A stretch of 64,000 nucleotides of DNA from Octopus sinensis (taxonomy: Eukaryota): the NCBI RefSeq assembly GCF_006345805.1, contig NC_043008.1, forward strand, positions 16,988,001-17,052,000, written 5' to 3'. The notes beneath the pieces were generated by a model. That model ran no database searches, had not been told where the DNA came from, and saw only the letters and a list, made by a program, of their open reading frames with translations. Below, in pieces: positions 62,601 to 64,000 of this stretch (the stretch's first letter is position 1; each line of letters begins with the position of its first letter). The position numbers and the translations under genes were made by a program.

Positions 62601-64000
62601 TAAGAAGACAGAATGTAGAAATTCGAGGCACATAGCGTACATATTATCGTATTCTTTTTAGCACCATTTGTTGAACATAATTTATAAACTGGTGCTTGTA
62701 TCAAATATAGTGTGAGTATTTTATTAACCGTTAAATTTCTTAGTCGCGTGACCTCGTTGTAAGTACGTGAGTTCGATTCTAGGACAGGGTGGGATATTGT
62801 ATTTTCGAACCAAGTATTATTTTGAAGGATTATCTCATCTGCTCAGCTGAAAATGAGTACTACCCGAATGCTAGTCTAGCTCTTTGTCCTCTCCGCATCC
62901 AAATATTCTGCTAAGCCAAGGTTAAGATGGCTGAGAGGTTATTTTTGCCTGCTTGCGTGTACATAAGTACCTAAAGGAATAAAATAAAGCATGTTACTAA
63001 CAACCCCTTCGAATTTCCTAGCAACTGAGGGCTATGCCCATCTCTACAAATCTTGACTTATAAAAATCCTTATAAAACGAGCATCTATACATTATCGGTA
63101 AATGTACATTTTGTGAATTTTGCAAGAAGTTTTGGTTATCATTTCATGGTGGCCTATTGCATATTGAAGCGAGAATATATTTGGCCAAATATGAATAATC
63201 GTCAAAGTTACTCATATTGATATCTGGAAAAGGATTATTATCATTTACATATTTACATGATCATATATACATATTACGTGTATGTGTATCCCACCACCCA
63301 TATATATTTAGATAATCTTCATAGAATTTCCGTGAATCAAATGAGCATTATATTGTTAAGATATCAAAAGGAGGAGAATAAAATGCTGGATTTAGCCTAT
63401 TCGTCTTATAATAGAAGCGTTATAACAACGTGTTTCATTAAACATTTTGCTGCGAATAAATCACAACAGCTGAACAACTTTGACTAGAATGTCAATTAAA
63501 CGTTTGAAGGGGTAGAGAGATTTCTTCCCTGGGGCGTGCAAGCTCCTTATTAATTTAACTTTAATTAGAACATTCTTCAACAAAAGGATACAAGGTTTTG
63601 CATAATGTGGTCTCTGTGGAAAGCCAGGAAGGTAGGAAGCTCCAATGAAACTACAGTAATATTCAGAAGTTGCTACACTTATTAGGATTCCCTCACCTAA
63701 AGAGGGACAATATAATAGACAGTCAACTATAAAAGCTCTACATAATAGCTTGATCTGATAGAAACAACAACCAAGTGACGAACAACTTTCCTTTAGATCA
63801 GAGCCTTGACCCAACAACAAATTTTCTATGTATTCACTCAATCAGCTAGAAATAACAACAAAATTTCCCTTAAATGAAAACTAAAAATGTCTTCTATGTA
63901 AAGTCGCACAGATTACAGAAAAATATCATCCAAATTTTTTAAAATGAGAACCTAGAATCTCAAAGAATTAAGAACATATTAGATAAAATGTACAGTGATA

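Noticed and set aside
63461-63841. 126-aa minus-strand ORF
   Set aside because: Non-ATG-dependent ORF call with no recognisable motif or supported splice structure.

Overview
AT-rich, microsatellite-dense eukaryotic DNA that is almost entirely non-coding. The SINE families and repeat style match what I recall of octopus (coleoid cephalopod) genomes; this assignment is from memory, not a search. Contents: dozens of tRNA-derived SINE copies from about four families; decayed non-LTR retrotransposons (Tx1/L1-like, RTE, and restriction-like-endonuclease types resembling CRE, HERO and Dong/R4); two Penelope-like elements (PLEs) with GIY-YIG endonuclease remnants; a mariner transposase relic; and long simple repeats. 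No intact protein-coding gene is visible. One 75-nt minus-strand exon candidate (57670-57744) matches an ABCA-transporter N-terminal motif. The main signal the ORF track does not show is nine type-I hammerhead ribozyme (HHR) or HHR-like motifs from about six unrelated repeat families. These include a young, near-identical ~479-bp tandem-plus-inverted non-coding element (31183-32170) resembling a retrozyme or non-autonomous PLE, a foldback with an HHR in its loop (2013-2370), a fossil HHR dimer (~54.0-54.6 kb) and a family with a CUGUNGA core. All folds, alignments and identities were worked out by eye.
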